64,000 bases of DNA, taken from Squalus acanthias (taxonomy: Eukaryota). Shown here in pieces: positions 40,401 through 52,400 of the stretch. Below the pieces are notes generated by a model, which saw only the letters and a list, made by a program, of their open reading frames with translations, was not told the DNA's origin and searched no databases. Made by a program: the position numbers and the translations under genes. The stretch is from contig JASTWF010000036.1 in assembly GCA_030390025.1 (NCBI GenBank), positions 3,164,001-3,228,000 of the forward strand, given 5' to 3'. How positions within the stretch are numbered: the first letter of the stretch is position 1; every line of letters begins with the position of its first letter.

Positions 40401-43400
40401 ACGGGGTGAGATACAGGGTAAAGCTTCCTCTACACTGTCCCATCAAACACTCCCAGGGCAGGTACAGCACGGGGTTAGATACAGAGTAAAGCTTCCTCTA
40501 CACTGTCCCATCAAACACTCCCAGGGCAGGTACAGCATGGGTTAGATACAGAGTAAAGCTCCCTCTACACTGTCCCATGAAACACTCCCAGGGCAGGTAC
40601 AGCACGAGGTTAGATACAGAGTAAAGCTTCCTCTACACTGTCCCATCAAACACTCCCAGGGCAGGTACAGCACGGGTTAGATACAGTGTAAAGCTCCCTC
40701 TACACTGTCCCAACAACATACCTAAACCCCAAAACGAGCGCCCCTTGCTGCCACAGGGAGCAACTTGTTCACATCTGCAGCGAGTCAAAAATCAGTGAAT
40801 TCAAATTTTCTGCACTCCAGGGTGCCATGGCAACTGATGGACAGCTTCCTGCAGGACGGGAAATTAGAATTTGCTAAATTTAACTGGGTGCAAAGCTGAA
40901 TAAAAGGGCCTGCAAAATCTGTCAACAAGACTGCCCTGACTGAAGCAAAGACATTTGCTGAATTGGGGTGGGCTCGGTGCTGGAAGCTGGCAGCAGCCCA
41001 TGTGCCCAGGTTTGCAGCCAGTCAAGTCCCTAGGTTGAAGTTTGCTGTGCTCCAGGGAGCTGCCCCAACAGACATCGCAGTTCACCAGCAAAGACATGGC
41101 GATCCAGGCCAACTTGAACAACCTACCACCAACCCGTAGGGCATTTAGGACTGAGGGGTAGGGCATTTAGGACTGAGATGAGGAGAAATTTCTTCACTCA
41201 GAGAGTGGTGAATGACATGAATCTTGTCATTCATGTGGAAATGACTTATGAAATAATACTGGGCGGCCTGCTGGTGGCGCTGTCCAGGGAGAGGATAAAT
41301 ACTCGGGCATGGGCCCAGCTTGCTCAGGACATTCTTTAACAGGAACTAGTGAAGGACACAACTAGACCTCCATGTTGTAAAACAGTTGATTAAAGCTTTG
41401 TTTAACGCTTAGACCAAGTGCCTAGTAGTTTTCTTATGTCAGTGAACCTGTGGAATTCTCTACCACAGAAGGCTGTGGAGGCCAAGTCACTGAATATACT
41501 GGGAAACACAGCAGCCAATTTGCACACAACAAGCTCCCACAAACAGCAATGTGATACTGACCAGATAATCTGTTTTTGTTATGTTGGTTGAGGGATAAAT
41601 ATTGGCCAGGACACCGGGGATAACTCCCCTACTCTTCTTCGAAATAGTGCCATGGGATCTTTTACATCCACCTGAGAGAGCAGACGGGGCCTCAATTTAA
41701 CGTCTCATCCGAAAAGACGGCACCTCCAACAGTGCAGCACTCCCTCAGTACTGCACTGGAGTGTCAGCCTAGATTGATGTGCTCAGGTCCCTGGAGTGGG
41801 ACTTGAACCCACAACCTTCTGACTCCGAGGCGAGAGTGCGAATAACTGAGCCACAGCTGACACACTGGAGTTGATTCGCGGGCAGCCTACAAGATATCCA
41901 CACTGTTACACCAGAAGCTTTGGCCTGGATATCGGACTTAGATATTGACATTTCATCAGAGTGCAGGAAATTTGAATCTAGTCGATTGAACAGGCTGCGA
42001 GTGCAGGTAGATGGGCCCGCTCCAATTGCCTTTGGCTCAAGATAGATCAATCTGGTTTCTTTGCTGGGGGATCGAAGAGGGCCAGCAGGATGAATCACAT
42101 TAAAAGCTGCTCTTAGGTTGCACAAGACCCAGGATGCTACCACAGGTTCCTGAAGCACGGTCTTGCACAGCTGGCTCCAAGCCCAACATCCAACTACCGA
42201 GACTCACCAAGACTGGCCGTTTGGAGGATCTGTTTTTAGCACAGGCCAGCAACATCACATGGAACAGACCCACACTTTGGGAACTAGCGTGGGTCATAGC
42301 AACATCGGAACAGGAGGAGGCCATTTAGCCCCATTCCATTAGATCATGGCTGATCTGTATCTTAACTCCATTTACCTGCCTTGGTTCCGTAACCCTTAAT
42401 ACCCTTGCCCAACAAAAATCTATCAATCTCAGTTTTGCAATTTTCAATTGATCCCCCAGCCTCGACAGCTTTTTTGGGGAGAGAGTTCCAGATTTCCACT
42501 CCCCTTTGAGTGAAGAGGTGCTTCCTGACATCACCCCTGAACGGCCTGGCTCTAATTTTAAGGTTATGCCCCCTTGTTCTGGACTCTCCCACCAGAGGAA
42601 ATAGTTTCTCTCGATCTATCCTATCAACAACAACAGTTTGCATTTATATAGCGCCTTTAACGTAGTAAAACATCCCAAGGCGCTTCACAGGAGCGATTAT
42701 CAAACAAAAATTGACACCGAGCCACATAAGGAGATATTAGGGCAGGTGACCAAAAGCTTGGTCAAAGAGGTAGGTTTTAAGGAGCGTCTTAAAGGAGGAA
42801 AGGGAGGTAGAGCGGCGGAGAGGTTTAGGGAGGGAATTCCAGAGCTTAGGGCCTCGGCAGCTGAAGGCACGGCCGCCAATGGTGGGGCGAAGACAATCAG
42901 GGTTGCATAAGAGGGCAGAATTAGAGGAGCGCAGAGATTTCGGGGGGTTGTAGGGGCTGATGGAGATTACAGAGATAGGGAGGGGCGAGGCCATGGAAGG
43001 ATTTGAAAACAAGGCTGAGAATTTTGAAATCAAGGTGTTGCCGGACTGGGAGCCAATGTAGGTCAGCGAGCACAGGGGTGATGGGTGAACAGGACTTGGT
43101 GCGAGTTAGGACACGGGCAGCCGAGTTTTGGATGAGCTCAAGTTTACGAAGCTCCTTTGATCATCTTAAACACCTCAATTAGATAATTAGGGTCAGAGTA
43201 AAAGCAACTTTTGATCCAAAAAGTGATCAAAGGAAGAGGTCGGAAACTGTGATTCGCCAATCACTAGAGCTAATGGAAAGCAGTTTCCTGCTTAAATATA
43301 CTCATGATAAACCATATTTTACTCAGGACTGGTCTGATGGACATCTGCTCAGTCGAGCTCACTCTTGATACCTCAGTGTTTCACACAAGTCTGCAACTTT

Positions 43401-46400
43401 TTGAGTAAAGATCACCCTTCTTATTATTCAAAGCTCTTTAAGCAATCTCAAGCCTTCATTTGATCGTAAATGGCTTTTGGTAAAAAAAAAAGTGTGCTTT
43501 ACATTAAACCTCTCAATACCAGAAACTTGAGCACATAATCCAGGCTGACACTCCAGTGCAGTGCTGAGGGAGTGCTGTATTGTCGGAGGTGCCGTCTTTC
43601 AGGTGAGTCTGCCCTTTCAGGTGAAAAATTAGGTCGCGCCCCGTTTGGGGCGCAAATATCGTCTGGACGCAAATATTAGCGCCTGGCGCTAATTATCGCC
43701 ACTGACTGGAAACTTCACTTTTACCGCCCCGGGAGGTGAGTGGAGCGCTAAATCAGGCGCTGCACACCTGTCTTAAGGCGCAAAGGCCGAGCAGTGAGGC
43801 GCTAACTCAGCGCGCGAGCGCAGCGCAGGTGCTGCCAGTTAGCGAGGGAACACAGACACACTGGCGCCGGCCACTTCTTAAAGCGGGGGGGGGGCCAACT
43901 TGCTCCCCAGCCACACCCTGCTCATTGCAGCCTTGAATCTCGGCCTGGAGAGACCTGTGAATCCATTTTGCTGCCAAGGATGGAGAGGGTGAGAGAACGA
44001 GCTCAGCGCTTCACTGAGCGGGCCTTGGATGCTCTGGTTGGCGCGGTGGAGCGCAGAAGATGTATACTCTTCCCTGAGAGTGGCAGGAGGCCTTTGCCAC
44101 GCGAGTACAGAAGAGTGTGGAGGGAGGTGGCTCAGAGCGTCTCCTCCAGGAGCATGGTGCCCAGGACCCATGTTCAATGCCGCAAAAAGTTCAACGACCT
44201 CACTCGGGTCGTCAGGGTGAGTGGCTTTTTCTCAATACCTCTCCATCCCTCCATCTCAACCTCACTCTATGGCCAGAGGGTCTTAAAACCCCAATGCACA
44301 ACACTCATCCAACACCTATGGCCCTTTCATGAAACACACACACACACATTCCACACTTTGCATACAGTAAGGGCTATTCAGCTATGGGAGGCACATCAGG
44401 CAAGACCATGGCTGTATACAGTAAGGGCTATTCACCTATGGGAGGCACATCAGGCAAGACCATGGCTGTATATTTACTCAGATGCTGTCCTTTTTCTTGC
44501 AGGCCAAGCTGGCGCATAATAGGAGACAGCAGCAATGGACAGGTGGAGGGCGGCCTCAGCTGCAACCCCTCAGCGATCTGGAGGAGCGCGTCCACAGGAT
44601 TGTGGCAAGCCGGGTGATCGGTCCCGTCGCCACTGGAGACGCCGACCCCGTTCTTGACAGCAATGGTAAGGTCATCATCACCTTTTTGTCCTCTGTCCTT
44701 CCACTTGTCCCTCACAACACCAGCCTTTGACGCTTTCAATCCAACTTGCTAACTCGCTGCACTTATTCCTCCCTTACTGCCACCCTGTCCTCACGCTAAA
44801 GCCACTCTTGTACCTCCCTGCTTTCAGATGGTGATTCACCAGCTGAGGAGACGGGCCCTGAAGCTGCCAGTGGGAGTGAAGCTGCAGCCGAGGAGGAAGA
44901 GGAAGCCGGAGCATCAGTGCCACCCTCTCCCGAGGAAGCCCATGCCCACACTGGGAACACGCCTTCCCTGGAGGGGAGCAGGGGGGGAAGGGTCTGATGA
45001 GGGTGAAGCTCCAGGACCCAGCGGGCTGCAGCAACGCCATGGGGGTAGGGAAGAACGGGGGCCTTCTCCCCAGAGGGAGAGTATGCCAGAGACTCCTACT
45101 GCAATGGACGCAGAGGAGGAGCGGCTGATCGCAGAAATGAACACCCAGGCAGTGGGCATGCACACTGAGCTCATGGGTGCAGTGGGAAGGGTGCCCGAAT
45201 GCATTGAGTCACTGGCAAGGAGTGTGGAGCACTTCGCTGTAGCACAGGCGGATGCCACACTAACGCTTAGTGCTGCAATTCAGTCACTGACTGCCGTGAT
45301 CCCATCTCTGACTGCTCTCATGCAGACGCAGATTGAGGCCACGCGAGCACTGACTGCTGCCAACCTCGATGGTTCGTTCACATGTCCCCGGGGCTCTCAC
45401 CGCGCCGCAGCAGGCCAGCAATCTGTGCTCCAGCAGATTGCTCCGGATCTGAAGTGCTGCCCCGTGGGAGTGCCAGTGTGTCGGTCGAGCAGGGAGTTGC
45501 TGTCCTCTCTCACGATGACAGCATTCCTGTTGCCAACACTGTCACTTCTCCACTGCACTTGCCACCGCCTGTAGGACAGACTGCTGCCGCCCATGCAGAG
45601 TTGGTGCAGTCTGCAGCCGGGCCCTCCAGGCCCAGAACTGGTCGAGGCCGTCCTTCAGGGGCATCTGCAGTGTCAGGGTCTGACGATCAGCAGCCTTCCA
45701 CCAGCCTTGCTGCAGCCACTGAGGTCCCATTACGGAGGAGCAGTAGGGTTAGAAGGGGGGAAGTGCGCAAGGGAAGGAGATCACCCTCGAAGGGCAAAAA
45801 GTAGGAGGTGTGACAAAATGCTGGTCATTTTTTTATTAAAGGCCGAGGTTCGTGGTCCAACTTTTGTCTAGTGTTTTGGACATTATCTCCAGGTTGTGAG
45901 AACCAGTTATGTTAATGACTGTTTTTTTGTGTTTATTTCTATGAGTTTGTCATGAGGAAATGACACACACAGAGTTTGTAAAATAAATAAGTTTTTGTAT
46001 TCAAAATATACATGTTTGGTGTTTGGAATCATTGGTGCCTTGGCCGGCTTAGGGGTTGCGTGCTGGGTTCATTGATGTTGTTAGCAATGGCAGAAGCCAT
46101 TTCCACAGCAGGGGCCCTAGAAGCGGCTTGCTATCAGCCGTTGACGGACGGCCCTTGCAGTTTCACCATTGTGGGCCGCCCTCCCGCCTTGGTGCTGCTG
46201 ATGATCATCCTCCTCGTCCTCTTCCTCCTCTTCCTCCTCCTCCTCTGGTGGTGCTCCAAGGCCTGGTGGCATTGGCTGGGTCCTGACGATTGCCATGTTA
46301 TGCAACATGCAGCACACAACTACGAAGTTGGATACTCGCTCAGGCGAGTACTGCAGGGCTCCTCCAGAATGGTCGAGACAGCGGAACCGTTGCTTCAGCA

Positions 46401-49400
46401 CGCCGATTGTGCGCTCAATGATGTTCCTGGTAGCTTGATGGCTCTCGTTGTACTGCAGCTCAGCAGGGGTGTTGGGCGTACGGAGCGGTGTCATCAGCCA
46501 GGTGCTCAATGGATACCCCTTGTCCCCGAGAAGCCAACCAACTGGCTGATGCGGTGCCTCGAAAAGTTCTGCCACAGTAGTCTGGCGCAGGATGAAAGCA
46601 TCGTGGCAGCTGCCAGGATAGTGGGCATTGACAGCGAGTATCAGCTGTCTGTGGTCACAGACCAACTGAACATTCAAGGAATGGAACCCCTTTCTGTTCC
46701 GGAATTCCTCGGCATTCTCATGTGGAGCACGCAAAGCCACATGCGTGCAGTCAATGGTGCCCTGCACCATGGGGAAGCCCGCTATCCCCGCAAAGCCCAG
46801 AGCGCGGTCACGCTGCTTGTCTGGGGTCATGGGGAAAGAGATGAACTCTCGTCTCCTTTTAAAGAGGGCATTTGTGACCTGCCGGATGCAGCAATGCACC
46901 GCGAACTGGGAGATATTGGCGAGGTCCCCAGCAGCAGCTTGAAATGAGCCAGTAGCATAGAAGTTGAGAGCCACTGTGACCTTCGCTGCCACCGACAGAG
47001 ACGTCCTGGACCTCAGTTGAGGCTGCAGATCTGGCTGCAGCAGGTGGCAGAGCTCAGTGACCACCTCCTTGCTGAATCGCAGCCTTCGCAAACACAGCTC
47101 CTCAGACATATGAATGTAGGAGAGCTGTTCACGATATACCCTGGGAGGGTAAGCTCTCCTGTACATACGCCTGTTGGCCCTCCTCCGTCTGGCCATCATT
47201 GCCACTCTCTCTCTGCGTCTCTGTGTCCTCCGATTCAGCTGGAGCAGGACGACGCCCCCAATCAGTGCAGCCCCCATAGTCTCTTTGCAAGCAAAGTTAT
47301 GAAGGACAGCAACCAAAGTAGCAGCGAAGTTAGGATCAGTAGGCAAAACTACCTCACAAGCGTTGACTCAATGCAGAAGTCTCTCTTTCTCTCTCTCCGA
47401 ATCTCTCTCTCTCTCTCAGAATGAGTGGTGCAAAAATGTCAACCACAGAAAAAGACAGGAAGAGGCCCCCTTTAAATAGCGCCCCCCCCCAGCCCCACAG
47501 CGATTGATAGCGTTCCAGTCTTCCGGTCGTTGGATGCGCCAGGCGGTAAGGCAGGGGGCGCCACTCAATTTCCGCTCCGGGGCGCCACAAGGGCGTTGCA
47601 CCATGGAATGACGTCACAATCTGTGCACGCAGGTGGTCGCGGCGGTAAGGTTTAGCGCCGCCGCACAATGTCTAGTTAAGTTCCCGAGCGGCGCAAACAT
47701 CGCTGCGCCCGGGCGCTAGCGGCTTTGCGCCCCATTAGCGCCCTCTTAAGGCGCTAACGGGAGGCGCAACCAACTGAATTTTTACCCCAAAAGATCCTAT
47801 GGCACTATTTCGAAGTAGAGCAGGGGAGTTCTCCCCGGTGTCCCGACCAATATTTATCCCTCAACCAACATCACTAAAACTGGTCATTATCACATTGCTG
47901 TTTGTGGGATCTTGCTGTGTGCAAATTGGCTGCTGCGTTTCCTACATTACAACAGTGACTACACTTCAAAAGTACTTAATTGGCTGTAAAGCGCTTTGGG
48001 ACGTCCTGAGGCTATGAAAGGCGCAAGTTCTTTCATTCTATACTGAATGGTGAACTGGCTATATCTGTGTTAGGGTTGTGGAATAATAATAAATATTATT
48101 AAACTGAGTGCATTTAGCTCCTTGTCTCCTCTCATGATGCCTTGATTCGTTAACTGGCTGCAGAATGTCAGGAGCCAGTGGATTCAGAACGTGGGGAGCA
48201 TAAACACTGGCATGGACCTCTTGGGCTGAATGGCCGGTTTCTACACTGTAAATTCTGTGTAATGTGGAGGTGGAGGTCGTGTCCGGAATGGGGAGCCATC
48301 GGCATACCTCAGCGTTCCGCTTCATTGGATTTCCCAGCTCACATTCAGCCTGAGAACCATTGGTATTCGCCACGCAGACCAGATTCTTGTCCTGGAAGAC
48401 GAGACAGAAATGTGTTAACCCTTTTGAGCCGTAAGATTTTACTCACCACCCTGAACGCGCACTTATCTCTATCATATAGCGACTACAAATAAAAAGAATT
48501 TCAGTCCGTGGTTGTTGGAAACTCCTGCTGTACGTGCTTTACTCAGTTGGAGTACTGTTCATGCCCATTTCTTCTCCAAAGCAAAGGGGGAGTCTGAGCC
48601 AAGATTAAAGGGGCACGGTGATCAGGAAAAATTGAATCCTTTTGGAGGGGGAAGAAGCAGAGGAGCCTCTCTGTCATTTTCCCAGTGATGCTTTCCAATG
48701 TGATATACATCTGTGCTTTAAACAAATGAAAAGGGTTTGCCAAACATTTAAATGAGGATAAAGTCTCTTTAATAAAAGGCAGGCTATGCAATGATTTGGC
48801 GCAGCGTTAGGACATCTGAGGCCCATTATGGGTCCAGAACACTGGCAAAGGATGATACCAGAACTGAGAGGTTATAACTATCAGGAAAGGCTCTACAGGC
48901 TGGGGCTCTTTTCTCTAGAAAGGAGAAGACTGAGGGTGACATAAGATCTTTAAGATTATGAAAGGGTTTGATAGGATAGATGTGGGGAAAATATTTCCAC
49001 TTATGGAGGAGTCCAGAACTAGGGGCCATCAATATAAGATAGTCACTAATAAATCCAATAGGGAATTCAGGAGAAACTTCTTTACCCAGAGAGTGGTGAG
49101 AATGTGGAACTCGCTACCACAGGGAGTGGTTGAGGCGAATAGCACAGATGCATTTAAGGGGAAGCTAGATAAACACATGAGGGAGAAAGGAATAGAAGGT
49201 TATGGTGATAGGGTGAGATGAAGAGGGGAGGGAGGAGGCTCGTGTGGAACATAAACACCGGCATGGACCAGATGGGCCGAATGGCCTGTTTCTGTGCTGT
49301 AGACTCGATGTAACTCAATGCTAGTTTGCTTTGTTAGGTTTAAGGTGAGGGATGTCTGCGTTGGGCAAAGGGGCATTGATTTTGCTTTTATTTTTTCCAT

Positions 49401-52400
49401 CGGGTCTCAGCATTTCCCAAGCCAGGTGTGGCACAAATACAGAATAAAGCTCCTGTGACTGAGGGGAATGCCTCTTACTGCTAGCAATGGTCCTTTCTCC
49501 CTGGGTGGAACTGTGGTAGTTTCAGTCCATGGATCAGCCATCCCTTTGTGACCTCTCTGAACGTGGCTGCCAATTTTGGGCGAACTGGTGCCAAATTATG
49601 GGCTGTTTGTGTCGTGAGCCCCCACGAGAAACAATGTTCTACTCTGAATCATAGTTTCCCCAGGGCCTAAAACTGTGCAGCTCCTCCCCTCCCTCAGTCT
49701 GTCCTTCCTCCTACAAGCTTGGTGTCAGCCAGCCAGCTACTTCTTGGCTGATCTTCAGATCTCTCTTACTCTTCTTCAAACTTGGTGCTGCCAAAACCAC
49801 GGGCCTTGACCTTTCACCTCGGTTTCTCAATGAGAAAAGAACTGTAGTGAATGATTCAAACGTATTTTAGTTAAGACCCTTCCAGGGAGCAGAGGGGAGA
49901 CTTTCATTTCTTGGGGTCGGGCATGGATTTGAACGTTGATCCCAAGGATTGCTGCTCTAACTCTCAGTACCACACAGTGCTCCAACCAGACGAGAAGCTT
50001 TCAATTTGCTGCAGGTTTCAGAGACCATCGGATAGCTGGAGTCTCAAATGCCAAGGGCAAGAGCTACGGTGGCATTATTACCCATCATGCCTGCTGTTGC
50101 TGGAAGTGGCCATTCTTCAGATTCTTCCACTGCAGAGGCATCACAAGGGAGCCCAGTTTCTGGCCTCACCTGCCATCCACACACACACGCACTTTCAGCA
50201 GGGGGCACTAGATAGCTATCGAGACCTGCGCCATTGGCTGATCTTTCCTTTCTTTCGCCCAGTGGGGCTGTGGCCATTTGCTGTTGACCTGCCCGAGACC
50301 CCTGAACTCAGCATAGACCAGGGATCGAACCTGGTTCTGGGCTGTGTGGCTCAGTTCCACACAGGAAGAAAGGACTGACGTAAGAAAACTACTAGGCACT
50401 TGGTCTAAGCGTTAAACAAAGCTTTAATCAACTGTTTTACAACATGGAGATCTAGTTGTCCTTCACTAGTTCCTGTTGAGGAATGTCCTGCGCAAGCTGG
50501 GCCCGTGCCTGAGTATTTATACTCTCCCTGGACAGCGCCACCCGCAGGCCACCCAGTATTATTTCATAAGTCATTTTCCATGAATGACAAGATTCATGTC
50601 AAGGACCATGCTTGCTTTGGGAGGGCGGGGGTGTCCTTGCCGCCTGCTCGGTTGAGCAGGTTAATATTGCGATCAGACGGTTCCCAGGGGGCTCCAGGAC
50701 ATGTAAGTAACCTGGGCAATTGTAACTGCCCATGCGGGTAGGGTTAAAATCACACCAACCCCCCCTCACTATTTGCAACTTAGTGTGGCAGGAGGGAGTA
50801 ATTACAATGTGACGAGCTTACCATTACAGATTGATAAAGGAAAAAGTTGGCAGGAAGTGCGCGCACATTAATATTTTTAATATATGAATAGACAGCGAGT
50901 ACACTTTTTAATAAAGTCAAGGGGTTTCATACCAAGTAATGCGCAACACATTACTCGGCCAAGGAGGTGCTGTGTCCCTTTAACAAACCGAATGGTTGTT
51001 AAATCAACACAAGTTCAGGTCACTCAGAGTTCAATTGTTTTTTGAAAAAGTGCTGGTCCGTTTCAGCTGCAGGCCAGAAACACTCAGCATTTAAGTAACC
51101 TTTTTTTCAGACTGCTTTGCAACTGCTGCAAATTGTGATGTCTGCAGTGTGACATCAGGAATACACCGACGGGCCAGTTTTGGTCGAACACTCCAAATAA
51201 TTGTACAAAAACAATTACAGCTCGTTTTTCGCTGGGAAAGTATGAAACTATTTTGTACCTGAGATGATCGGAAGGCAGAGTAGGAGAGTGTGTCTGGGAA
51301 GCTCGCAATCAGAACGGCCTCGTGAGCGTCATCTCCGTCTTTATTTGGGCTCCTGGGGTCTGACGGCAAGTTGGTGACCGTGATCTCCAAAGCGATGTCC
51401 TTCTGGTCACTGAGGGAAAACAGTTGCCTTCCCTGGTCATCTCTGCAATGATGAAGGTGCAGAATCGTAACTACCCAGCACTGTCCCAACTTTCCTTCAG
51501 ATACTGTTACCTGCACAAATTACAACTCCGCTCAGTGCCTTCTCTTTCAGAATATTAATATTTCAGAGCATTCTAGCGGAGAGAGAGAGAGACGTAAACG
51601 TGACCCCATTTTGTCAGGGCTGGAAAAAGTGGATAAAGAAGATGGCTGACACAACAAAAAATATATAATTGGCAGAGAAACTGAACCAGACAAAGCTTCT
51701 TCCCTTGTTTCCCTCCTGCCTAACATCACAAGAGAAATTCTCAATACGACAGAGCTGGGATGATGTGAAGCATGCAAATTCAAGACGGGAGAGTGAAAAT
51801 GAGTGTCTGATATCAAAGAATTTTTTTTAAATGTAAAAACCCAATCGGGAATTCAGGAGAAACTTCTTTACTCAGAGAGTGGTGAGAATATGGAACTCGC
51901 TACCACAGGGAGTGGTTGAGGCGAATAGTATAGATGGATTTAGTGGAAGCTAGATAAAGACATGAGGGAGAAGGGAATAGAAGGTTATGGTGATGGGGTG
52001 AGATGAAGTAGGGTGGGAGGAGGCTCGTGTGGAGCATAAACACCGGTATGGACCAGTTGGGCCGAATGGCCTGTTTCTACACTGCAAATACTATGGAATT
52101 CTATGTATTATGTAAAGACGGTTAGGAAAAACAATATCATGCAGTTCCACTTTTTTTTAAATCAAACCAAATTATTTATTTCCCCTCGTGTTGTGTACTT
52201 TAAAGGACATTTATGCCTCTGTGGCATTCAAAGTTATTTTATACATTAGCAGAACTCTGTTTTTTAAGTTTCTGAATGAATATTTACACTCTAATTATCA
52301 TATGATTCTGGCATGCTTTCTGATCCATGATCTTGACTGAGTTGAGAGCCCACTTCATATTTAAAACAGTGTTCTTCATCTTTCTCAAAGCGTAACCATG

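Larger units (their letters stand above)
43620..47788. mobile_element. PIF/Harbinger DNA transposon, near full-length, two convergent genes
   Basis: Ends GGTGAAAAATT (left, damaged) and AATTTTTACCCC (right); CpG-rich subterminal GCGC repeats; splits a SINE (43521-43620 continues at 47789). Confidence 0.93.

Noticed and set aside
22096..40716. CRISPR array
   Set aside because: Contiguous tandem units with no unique spacers, no cas genes, eukaryotic intron
46012..46947. 311-aa plus-strand ORF
   Set aside because: Antisense shadow of the transposase, no recognisable motifs
46117..47277. Domesticated host gene HARBI1
   Set aside because: Lies within TIR-bounded element with Myb partner, inserted in a SINE; behaves as a transposon
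41213..50601. One 9-kb composite element bounded by long inverted repeats
   Set aside because: Each repeat has its own distinct TSD and a host exon lies between them
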